From NCBI GenBank assembly GCA_015680685.1, contig MNCI01000918.1, positions 147,042-211,041 on the forward strand: 64,000 nucleotides of DNA, given 5' to 3'. The DNA comes from Gnetum montanum. Taxonomy: Eukaryota; Plantae; Gnetophyta. The position numbers and the translations under genes are program-made. Under the pieces are notes generated by a model that ran no database searches, was not told where the DNA came from, and saw nothing but the letters and a program-made list of their open reading frames with translations. Each line of letters begins with the position of its first letter. Position 1 is the first letter of the stretch. This document shows, in pieces, positions 52,950-64,000 of the stretch.

Positions 52950-55250
52950 AGCTCTATTTTTCTTTGGCCTTGTGACTTGAAATCCAACATTTGTTCTTTA
53001 TCTTGCTTTTAGACAAACTATTCAACTTGGTTCTTACCACATGTCACAAGCTTTGATTTCTTTGAGCTACTTGATTAAAAACTTATCTTGACGTTAGCTT
53101 GTAGAATCATTTTTGAGCTTGCTTATAGAGTTAAGTTTTGATTCTATGAGCTATTGACATGGCATAGTGTTTCTTGAGCTTCCTTGTAGAATCGAAATTT
53201 GGTTTTGCAAATTGTGTTAAATCTATTAGCTTTTTACTTATAATATACTAAGCTAGATAAAAATTTAAAGGAAATGTGCATTAAATTAAAATTGTATCCC
53301 TATGTGGGCCCAAGATGAGATTTGATGTGGCTTGTAGAATTGTTTCAAAGCTTATTTGTAGAATGGTTTTTGTGCTATATGGACTTGCTCTACAAGGGTG
53401 CTGATGTGGAGGAGTAGCTTTGTAGTTAGCTTGCAGAGCCAATTAATAGAACCACTTTTTGATTCTACAAGCTTTTCTTTTGTCTTGAGCTTACATGACT
53501 TGTAGAACCGTTTCAAAGTTTTCTTGTGGAACCAATTTTTTATTCTATGAACTTGCACTAAACATTAAAGATAATGTGGTAAGGCTTCCTAATTTTAGAG
53601 TTGATTCTTCTAGTTTGATGCACTTGTTGACTTTATGAAGCTAATGTAGCTTATGAAATTACTCTAATTTGTAGAATAGTTCTTCAAGCTTCCTTTAGTA
53701 TTGTAATCCTACTTGTATTGACATGGAAAAATATTATCAAGGATAGCTCTTGAAATTTTCTTGTAGAACCATTTTGGAGCTTATTCGTAGAACCATTTTT
53801 GTGCTCTAAAAAATTATTCTACAAGGGAGCTAGCATGGATGAATAACTTGTTTGTAGAACCAATTTTTGATTCTATATGTTGTGTCCTACTCTTTGGAAC
53901 TTACTGAGCTAGATTAAAACTATAGTGCACATGTGTGTAATTCTTGGTGGATTTGAACTAAGCCCTATTTAAGCTGATGTGACTTGCGAAACTATTTTGG
54001 CATTTGTACAACTAATTTCTAGTTGTACAAACTTGCATTATATAGAAGCTGACATAGCAAAGTTTCCTTGAGGTCCATTTTACAAGCTCGTTAATTTCTC
54101 AAAGCTGATGTGATTAATAAAATCAAATTTAAGTTCCTTTGTAGAGATGAATTTTGGCATCATAAACTGGTTTTATGAGTTGATGTGGAAATGAGGGTTG
54201 AATGTCCTTTAAAAGCTTTCAATGCATCTTTTGGAAATAATGTATCTATTCATAAAACCAATTTGTAAAGCCACTTTTTTATTCTGCAAACTTGCTCTAT
54301 GTAAATGCTGACATGTTAAAGCTCCTCCAAAGCTTTCCTTTCTAGATCAATTTTAGCTTTGTGAATTTGATAAAATTTTAGGAATTAACATGGTAGAGTC
54401 AATTTTAAGCTTCTTCATAGGGATCAATCTCATCTTTATAGACTGGTTCTACATGATGACATGGTAGATCCATTTCTGTGCTCACTTGTAGTACCAAGCT
54501 TTAGTTGTACAAGCAATGCTTTCTCCAAAGTTGATGTGGTAGAGCTACTTCTGCACTTGCTTGTAGAATTGGATTTTGGTTATATGAGCCATGTAATTGA
54601 GCTTCCACATCACAATACATGAGATCTCCTTAATCACTAATTTGTAAGTGCATAATGTCTATTAAGAGCTTTTACGTACTTTTTTATTTGTAGAGCCTTT
54701 TCATGGAACTACTTTTTAGCTCTATGAATGTTTTGCCATGCAATGAAATTAACATGGTAGAATTAAAAAAGGTGTTTCTTGTAGAGCCATTTTCTACCTA
54801 TACAAATCATACCTTTTTTCAAGCTCTTTCTTTGAATTATGATGTAGTAATTGATGTGGTAGAACCAATTTTTTCCTTGCCTATAGAAGCAAATTTTGGT
54901 TCTGCAAATCATATAATTGAACTCCTACATATGATTATTGGCTTGTTGAGGTGAAAATGATTTCAGAGCTTGTTTATAGAGCTGTTTTGTAGAACCATTC
55001 CTCAACCTTACGAAGAGCCCATCTAAATAGAGCTTACTTGGCAGAATTATTTTCTGCAGTTTTCATAGAACCAAATTTTAGTTTTACTAACCCACTTTAC
55101 ATGATAGCTTACGTGTCACATGGGATTCATACCAAAGCTAATTTTAATCTTTCTTATGCTTTGCTCCTATGAAGCTAAGTCAGGTAGAATCATCTTGTAG
55201 AGCCAATTTTTTGTTTTACAAGCCTCCTCTATGAGTTGATGTGGAAAGTG
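52950..55250. repeat. Degenerate tandem-repeat array in the 5' region/LTR of X
   Basis: Recurrent ttgtagaacca(t)n, ttctacaag and gctgatgtgg motifs at roughly 60-80 bp spacing. Confidence 0.6.
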
Positions 55251-56327
55251 TACTTAAGAAAGTCCTTTCTTTAAAATAATTATTAAAACCCTTTATAAAC
55301 ATAATCCTTAAATTCATTGCTCTACTCTTTTCATCAAAATGATTTTGAAGAAATAAATTTGCCTCAGATCAAGCCCGTTTTCTTGAAAAGATAAGATTTC
55401 CCATATTGGGATGAAACCAATCTTTAAGCTTCGTGGATCCATTTTCAATAGTCTCATCTTATCTCACAAATAGAGAGGGAATATGCTTGAACCATGTCAC
55501 ACGTACAGATTTTGTCAGAAATAGCTAATTCAATTCTTCTATGCTATGTTAGATTTGATTTGAAACACTAGCTCTTCAAACTAACTAAAACTTCATGAGC
55601 TTATATGATCAACAGTGTAGAATACTTTTGGATTACCTAGTTAGCATTAAAACCCTTTATTCCAAAAAGAAATTTGATCACAAAGACTTTAATTTTTTCA
55701 GTTTCTCTTTTGAAATTTCTCTTGTAATTTTCCTTTGCTTAGGGCTTGTTTTTCACATGCAAATATGATCATGACAAATCTTAGCTCAATCTAATCATGT
55801 GAGGTAACTATTGCAACAATAGTTCTAAAACTTTATTCATAATACAACTTTAATTGAAAACCTGTCTTAAGTCTTCGAAACTCATTATATCAATTAGCCC
55901 TAAACTTTTTGTTCCTTTAATTGTAAGTCTTGAACTATTTTAAGATTCAAAGCCCCTTTCTTATGTAAATATTGAGCTATAATGAAATTGAAAACATTAG
56001 TAGTTTGAATAATTTATCTTTTTTTTGAGTCTTAAGGTAGAATTTTTCTTTTTGATTTGAAAATAGAAGCTTAAAATTTCATCTTGTTTTCATTTTAATA
56101 TGTGTAATAAGGATATGGATATAATTCTAAGATAGAAAACTAGGCTCTGTATAGGTCATAAGTCTCATTCAATACTTGAATGAAAATCTTTGATTCTTAA
56201 ATTGGGCTCCATATAAGGTTTACTTTATTTATAACAAAGCAATCTTCTTTAGCCAATTACCCATTTTTTGTTAAGTAGAGATCAAAGACTTAATCCTTAC
56301 TCCATTAATGGTCAAAATGTTACAATA

Positions 56328-57851
56328 GTTTCCTTAAGCATTCATTAGTTGCCATCATTTCAAGAGTTGTCTCTAGTACTGCAGGTGATGATGTAGGTAA
56401 CAATTCTTCTTCCTAAAGCTTAGAATGTGCTTTATCCTTCATCATCTCCTTTCATGATGGGGTAGGAACCTTGGGGACCATAACATTAGTATAGCAGGCT
56501 ATGCCTCCCCTATTGTAGAGTTTTCTATTGAGGTAATGAAAGGGAAGTGTCTTTTTACCCTTTTCATTTTTGTTGAAACATTTCTTGATTTTGAGGAGGA
56601 TGAGCTAATGAATGTTGACTTGGAATTTTCCATTTAGAGCTGAAGATGCCCTATCAGAGATGGTATTCATATTACTTGACCTCATTGTAGGTTTGAGGTG
56701 ATAGGCCACAATCTTGAAATAGGCACACTTTGATACTTTGCCTTAGTTAGGGCACCATATTTCTTACAATCGACTCCATGGCACTACTGAACCCATTGTT
56801 TCTTTGTTTTAAGGTCCACTTACATTGAGATTTTTGTGAGTTTTCCCCTAGTATTTTGTAATCTAAGGACCTTTGATATTACCTTAAGTAAATAGAAGAT
56901 GATAATATCTTTGATTTTCATAGTTGCATCTCCTTATTAGTTACTCCAAAAGAGGTAAGTCTTGCCCATGTACCATTTTCTACAGGTGGAGATAATGGAT
57001 CATAGAGGAAACCCTTGTAGCTGTGTTGTAATCTCTTTCAGTGCTAACTTTAGTAAAAGCTTGAAGTTTAGCTCCTAAAGGATGGAGCTCTGAAAATTCT
57101 TTTCTTCGAACATTCTCTAGGTAGGCCTTTGTAAGTGTGATCTCTAGATTAGGTCATGGTCTAAGGACCTCATGCTACCTAAATTGTATTATTTTAGTTA
57201 TGGGAATCTGATGAATAGATTCCACCTTGACCTCTTCACGTAAGGGCTAGGTAGCATGGGTTTAGCAACTTGTTCTTGAAATTTTTGTTGTTATCCCCTT
57301 CCTCCTTGTGGTCATTTCTCCTAGGGCTATGATGACTCTCTTGCTGTGGTCCTCACTTGGGTGCCATTTGTGATCACAAATGTAATCCCAAATTAGTTAT
57401 TGGAATTATAAACTTATTTAGTCTTAGTACCCTTCCACTATTTGATTAGGCTAAGTTTGAGGTTAAGTTCTTGGTTGAGTGATCATAGGCATATGGGAAT
57501 ATTTTATTATTATTTTAATTTTAGTTTAATTGAGGTTAGTTGTTGGTATTAACTCTTGGAGTCATTATTTTAATATCATTTTAATACCTTATCTATGGGG
57601 TGTTAGCAAAATTTCACAAAATTTTTCTTTTGAACCCTAGTATTTGATGTCCCCACGATGTAAAGTGTACCTCCAGAAGCTCAAGAATCAAAGTAAAAAT
57701 GGATAACTATTGATGAAGTTATGGCTCTTGGAAAGCTCTAGGCTTGAAAAAATTACAAAAAATCCTCTTGTGTTTGAAGAAAAATGTAAAAAATAAGCTA
57801 AGTGTCATGCATATATATAGTATTTTTGTGCTATGTTGATGTATCAAGTTG
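56328..57851 (-). mobile_element. Element B continued: N-terminal part of env-like ORF (ATG 57367) and its upstream region
   Basis: Collinear with E4 from ~60800 to 62350 (cacaaATGGCA, gaagagg..aaggtggaatc, tatag..gctatgt). Confidence 0.7.
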
Positions 57852-60800
57852 TGATGAGTGGCAAGGTACCCCTACGCTTAACCATACAAATCACTAAGTG
57901 TTCATGCGTGATTCGATCGAATTTTGTGGACTCTATGTCTTCTAGTACACTAGTCTCTAGGAAATGAACTTGCCCTAATAGTCATTCGTTGCCTTCCTAA
58001 CTACACTTGTGATGTACAAAGCTATGGTTAGGTGTAATTGAGGCATATGGTTTTTATTATTTTATGTTTTATATTCTTAGTGCTTTAAAATAGAGAAAGG
58101 AAGTGATTTAATGGCTAATTTAATCTAACTAGTTAATTAATGTCTAACTAATCCTAACATAAGTATCTGATCCCACTTTCCATACATGCCTTGAACCCAC
58201 GTATCCACTATTGGGATTACCAAGCGCTACGCTACTAGGCAAACGAAGCAATAGCATTGCTAGGATTACTAAGCAAATACGTGTTTACGCTTGAAGCAAT
58301 TTTACTTATGTGCTTAATCTATTTTGCTTAATTAATTAATCAATTGAAGTATAATTTAGCTTAATTAATTGCATAATTAATGAAATTAGTAAATACAAAA
58401 ATAAATCATTAATCAATTCTAAGTGTTGCAAGGTTTGATCAAAAGGCTTGTCTTTATTACCATTTCACACTGGTGTGCTCATGTCCATCAATGCTCGAAT
58501 AAAGATCCGCACACTTTCTAACTCCTACTACAAGCAGTTAGAGAAATATTCTAACTTTCAAATGATAAAATTGCAAGAGCTCTACTACAATTATCACTGG
58601 ACCTTCCATAAACACAGCTGGTGAGTGCATATTTATAGACTTTATTGTGGAGCTATGTTGATGGGGCCCCATAGATACAGTAAACGCTATGTCAATGTGG
58701 CCCCGTCAACGAGGCAACACCATGTAGAAGGGGGACCATCGATGATGCCACATCAACGGGGGCCCATTGGCATAACACTTTGATGCTTCATCATACTCCC
58801 ATGACTAAATGAAAACTCTTTCTTGAGTTCCTTTACAAAATTAGGAAGGTATGGGATTATTGATTGACTCTTAACATAACAAATTGATATAAAAAAACTA
58901 GGTGCCTAAGTGTACAAATCAACACATTACAAAAATTGGTGGTGTTTATGACACAAAATTGAACACCATGACATGACTACTCAATACTGGATAGCACATC
59001 CTTTCATAGCATGAAGGTGGTTGAGAAGATCAAACAGTCCTAAGTGGTGGAGGCTCTTGAGGTTTTGAAGGACCTTCACCAGCTTCAGGCATGTGTGGTG
59101 GCTGAGGTAGCTATGACTATCTTGCTATAGTTGCAACCTCTAGTGGGAGGTAAAAGGCATTCAATAATGCCTTCATCTTCTCCTCCTTGCTTTGGGGATT
59201 ATTCATAGTCCTCGTGGCATTGCCAATGTGGGCTGGAATGGGTATATCCCATGGATAGGACATTACTAAGAATAGCTCCTTTATGTTGACAAACCAAGCA
59301 ACGAATTATTTGTGTTCAACATCGAACACGTTTACTCCATTCTGTAGCTCCTGGTAGTCATTCATCCTTTTGGCCAAGTTCTCAACAAAAAATCTTTGAT
59401 TAGTGTATTTGCCCTTGAGAACTTTGAGTTTAGCATTTTCCACTGTAAGCTTTTGCTTGGTTTCCTTGTGGTGCTTGAGCTTGATCTCGTACAACAAGTA
59501 CAAGCTAGCCACTTGCTTCTCCAGTTTTGACCATAGTCGTCTAGTAGTTAACATAGGTAGATTCATGTACCAAAGATTGGCAAGCTTCATGTATTCTGTC
59601 ATTTCCTCTATCTACTTTATTGTACTAATCAATCCCATCAATGATGGGCTGCCATAATTCACATCCTTGTTGGAGTTGCTGGAGGGTCTCGTTCACCTTT
59701 GCCTTCACCACTTGAATATGTTTCTCATTTACTTCTTTCTATAGGCTGACCTAGTCTCTATAGTGATACTTGACTCTTTCAAATTTGAGAGCCTCTAATT
59801 TCTAGGCAGCTACCTCTATTATAGTCTTTTGGTGAAGGGCACGGGCCTCCTCCATGGAGAGGTTTATGTTCTTAGTTGTCAATCTCATTAGCTCTGTGTT
59901 TGCTTTGGCTAGTTGCTCTTATTGTTGATGGATAAAGTTGGTTAGCTATTGTTTATGTGCATCAACATTTTATAGGCAATGGTTCTTTATGGTTAGTTGC
60001 ACATTATCCTAGTGGGTTAGATCCAAGGCCTTGTAAATTTTATGTTGGGTGACCTCTACCAAGGATCGGTAGAACACCACTATTTCCATCGCATCCTTAA
60101 CCCCTTTCAGTCTAGTGTGAAGCTGTTCAAAAGGTTCATCTGTTGTCAATGTTAGGTTGAGAAATGTAGGGTCAACAATCTAGGCTCTCGATTTAGCAAC
60201 ATTAGTAGCTAGGCATTCATTGAACTCCTTGGCTATTTTGAGTTGCCCTTCCAAAATTATTTTCTTGGCCCTTGCCTCTAGCAGCTCCGATTGGGTTGCA
60301 GTAATACTGTCCAAGAGATAAAAGACATTTGGAAGCAGTTGTTTAGTTCCCACTAGTCAATCCAATAGTTCTTCATGCTATGTTATGCTTAATTTGCCAC
60401 TTATGATCCCTACGGACATCTAGACATCCTTAAGTGTAGTGATGTATGTGTAGACACCGCAAGTACATTGAGTGTTTTAGCAATTTTGTTAGCAACCACC
60501 TTTGCTATTGTTTCTTACCCTTGGTGCTATATCACTAGTACTATTGTCCCCTCGCCCTCCTCCAAGCACACCAAGAAAGTCACAGTGTTCCCAGAAATCT
60601 TTGGGAGTGGTTGCTGTTCAAAGAGAGATACTATTACTTCTCTAGCGCTAGGATTTGACCTTGTAGAAAATTGTGTTCTTGGGTAGAGAAAATGGATCCA
60701 CCTCCTTCTATCAAGCTGAATGTTTGGGCCACCTCATTTAGGTGACTCATTAATGGTTAGTACATTAATGAATCCCCATCGCTCATGCCTGCTTATTGGT

Positions 60801-63800
60801 CTTACTTACTCAAGAGCCATTCTCGGTACTCATGTAACCATTGGGATGTTACAGTGATGTCCAAATTAATTGTGTGAGTGGCAGGTGGAGGTGGTGGTTG
60901 TTGCTTCTCTTGTTGAATAGTTGTTTCCAGCATCTTATCCTTCATCATCTTTTCCCAATTAGCAGTTGGAGCATGTTTGATAACATCATTTATATCGTGG
61001 ACTATCCCTCCTCTTCAATAGAGTTTTCTGATGAGGCATGAGAAGGGGAGTGCCTTCCTTCGATGTTCATTCTCTTTAAACAACTTCTCTATCTCTAGAT
61101 AGATCATTTGTGGAAGGTTTACCGGGAATCTCCCACTCAGAGCTGCACATGCACAAGTAGAAAAAGTAGTGATCTTGTTGGGCCTCACCGTGGGGTTTAG
61201 GTGAAAGTTTGCAATCTTGTAGTAAATTCTTTTTGTCGGTGTGAGTGCACCATACTCCTTGTGGGCAACACCATAGCACCACTAAACCCATTTCTTTTTT
61301 ATGTTGGGGTCTACCTACATCGGAATCTCAGCAAGATTTGCCCTAGTTTTAAGCAATCCAAGTGTCTCAGCAATGGCCTGCACCGAGTAGGACACCGAAA
61401 TGTCCTTGACTTTGATTATTAAATTGGCTTGCTTGTTGCTCCAAAATAAGAATGTCTCTCCCATATACCACTCCTCTTTGAAAGTGATAATTGGCCACAT
61501 GGGAGTGGTCTTTAGTTGGTCTTGTACCTCCTTAGGTTCTAGCTCTAGGAAAGAGCCAAAGTTTAACTCCTAGAGCACCATCTATTGGTACTCTCTATAT
61601 TTGATTTGAGTTAGGTCAGCCTCCATCAAGGTCACCTCAAGGTTTTCTTACTGAGTTGGTGCCTTGTCTTGGTGGGAATGTTCTATTGTTGCTGTTGGTT
61701 TTGGAATTTGACAAATGGATTCCACTTTATCCTCTTCCCTAAGAGGACCCATGGCATGGGTTGCAATTGGTTCTTCATGTGCTTGTTTTTGGCTCCTTCT
61801 TATTCTTGTTCATTTCACCCTTGGATGAGATAGCCCTCCTTCCTATGTGTGTTTGCCTTTCAGTGCCATTTGTGGTCACAACACATCCATGTATTAGTAG
61901 ATATAATGTGTAACTTTGAATATTTGAATACCTTATCTCGTTAGTTAGTTACACTTTGGCTATGGTTGGACCATGGTAGATTAATTATTTTTTCTTATTT
62001 TATTAATTAATTTTTATTGTAAGTGTCACCGGATCTCATTGGAAGGGTTTAACTTTTGTAATTTGGTGTTTAAATGTTGATTTTTTAGTTAAAACTTTGT
62101 GGGAGTTAGAAAAATGGTGAAAACTTTTTGATCAAAAATGGCACATTTGTGGCTCCCATGACTAAGAGCTTACCTTTGGAAGCTACATGATCAAAGAATG
62201 GAGTGATTCAGATAAATGGTTAGGAAGTTATGGGCTTTGGAAGGTTTTGGGCTCTGAAAATTTGAAAAACTCCCTTGGCGTTTATGAGCAAATGTGAAAA
62301 TTTCCAAGGAAGGTCATGCATCTTTATAGTATTTTTTTGCTATGTCAGTGAGGCCACATATATGGGGCATTGTATACACATGGGCTCTATTGACAGGGCC
62401 CCATTTATAGGGTCCATCAATGAAATTTTCAATTTTGAATATTTTGAAAAATACAAGGAAATTTTAAGTGAATTTGGCATCCGTGGAGTTCAAGAAAAGC
62501 CAAGACTATGATGAAATCATTGAAGAGGGTCTTTGAAAGTGCAAAAATTCAAAAATTTGATGGAGAATGTATGAATTGAAGAAAATATGTAAAGGAGAAC
62601 ATGGTTGGATGTAGGAAAGATTCTAATTGTAAGAATGTCTAAGGATAAGGTGCTTAATGAACCTGACCAAGAGATATGCAAGTGGATCCTTTCCATAGCA
62701 GATACATGCCTTGTTTGCCCTTGCGTAACCTCAATCTAAGGAGTTTGTGGGCCCCATAGGCGATTAATGGTTGATGGAAGTTAAGGATCAAAACCCAAAA
62801 GATTCTTCCAAAGAATTCAAGTACGCCAAACAAATACACCAAATTAAGAACATGGACACCAATAGTGAGGTGAATTATGGGTAGCATAGATAGGTGATGG
62901 AAAAGGTGGAATGGAATTCCAGATTGAGGTCATAATAAGTACGTTGTGGATTTGTGTTTAAATGACCTCAAAGATCCATCCTTAGTCTAGACCAAAATCA
63001 ACCACTGTTAGTGACTTCACATCACCACTCCAAGATCGATCTACCCCCTCAAGACACAAGAGTACTCCCACAGAACAACCACCATTCCATAAAGAGAAGA
63101 AAAGAGAAGCAGGAACTGAGAGAGGGCCTTAGTTAGAGAGGACCTTCACACATGGATAACATGTCTTTTTAGTCCCATAACTAGTGCTTTTAGCCTATTT
63201 TTTCTAAGGGGTGTTCTTTGAAGTTCCATAATATTTTTTTATTTTATTTTGTTTTTGGATGGAAACCACATCATGCAAAGACTTATTTAACTTCCTATTG
63301 TTGGTCGACATGGAATGGTAAGAAGCCTATGAAAATACTCATGCACCCAAGCAAGTAGAAGAGTACAAAGTGTATTGAGTCCCCTTGAAGTCACATCCTA
63401 TGCAACCTTTGAATCCTTCCCAATTCTAGAAACTACCAAGGTCATAAATGTATGAAAAGTTTATTTAATGAAAGGGAGCTCATAATTCTAAAACAAGGAA
63501 AACCATAGAGTTTGTGGATGGGCAGATGTTGTGGACTCATGTCTTGTTCCATGAAAAAAAAATCATGTCTTAGCCATCAGTACAAAAATTCCAAAATAGA
63601 AACAAGACATTATCAAACAAAACATTAAGCACAAACCACCATTAGTAACAACTATAGCACCACTGTGTCCTATTGGCATAAAGGATGTTTATTAACAAAA
63701 ATTAGAAAACCACACTAACATGAAGTAAAATATATTAGAAAGTGTAAAATATTCAAGAAAAATTTAAATGTACTAATGATGGTGTAAAACAAAAAATGGT

Positions 63801-64000
63801 GTAAAATAGGAAAAAGTTGTAAAATCAAAAAGGGTGTAAAATAAAACATTTACAAAGAAAAAAATGTATAAAATAAAAAAAATATATAGAAAAATTGAAG
63901 AGCCACATATATGATTAGCATGGATGGTCATCTTCCCCACGATTGAGTTGGAAGCAGGAGATTAGAGAAATTGAGCATGGTTGTCCATCCATTGGGGTAT
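57852..64000 (-). mobile_element. E4: env-like-bearing Athila-type element, 3' part (runs off right edge)
   Basis: 3' LTR 57852-58793 (TGATG..CATCA), PPT 58794-58808, accessory ORF, conserved 3' blocks shared with E1/E2, pol end at ~63915. Confidence 0.85.
59004..61869 (-). pseudogene. E4 env-like accessory ORF (~950 codons, many stops/frameshifts): plant-transposon domain plus coiled-coil C-terminus
   Basis: LIIKVKDISVSYSVQAIAETLGL and RIYYKIANFH..PTVRPNKIT...FPVNLPQMIY motifs; K/E/L-rich heptad segment at 59306-59602. Confidence 0.65.

Larger units (their letters stand above)
25950..56327 (-). mobile_element. Element X: degenerate Tat-type Ty3/gypsy element, gag-PR-aRH-RT-RH-INT, split by four insertions
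   Basis: LTR homology 25950-26863 versus ~55420-56327 (left copy truncated); gag ~50757-51700 (LRDIAQIWYSNLP) and 40230-40832; PR LHNCLVDSRATS ~39860-39930; aRH ~39200-39483; RT SFLDGF..YNQI/MPFGLSNVGATFQRAM/IYLHD 38033-38620; RH 30050-31300; INT WGLDFIG/YFTKWTEA 29062-29900 and 27865-28177. Confidence 0.8.

Noticed and set aside
52950-55250. CRISPR-like array
   Set aside because: The context is eukaryotic and the repeats are degenerate, without constant repeat/spacer structure or cas genes.

Overview
AT-rich, CpG-depleted land-plant nuclear DNA. A gymnosperm is plausible from the Tat element architecture, but that is inference. The left third (1-17.3 kb) holds the 5' 19 coding exons of a minus-strand spastizin (SPG15/ZFYVE26, AP-5 partner) homologue that runs off the left edge. 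Its introns carry an RTE LINE 3' fragment, tRNA-derived SINEs, an LTR fragment with an env-like ORF, and a tandem duplication of part of exon 5. From ~22 kb to the end is a nest of Ty3/gypsy elements. An old env-like-bearing Athila-type element (B) was invaded by a Tat-type element (X) with an extra archaeal-type RNase H between protease and RT. X in turn received two Athila solo LTRs, a non-autonomous gag+protease-only Athila (E1) and a full-length Athila (E2), all four with perfect 5-bp TSDs. A further env-like-bearing Athila (E4) runs off the right edge. The most interesting signals come from comparing the Athila copies: (i) a shared gag stop codon bracketed by in-phase splice sites, suggesting splicing-controlled Gag versus Gag-Pol; (ii) a conserved ~61-nt intron directly before the 3' accessory ORF, with an internal promoter resembling the LTR promoter; (iii) three PPT-like motifs per element. 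All coordinates were read by eye and no searches were run.
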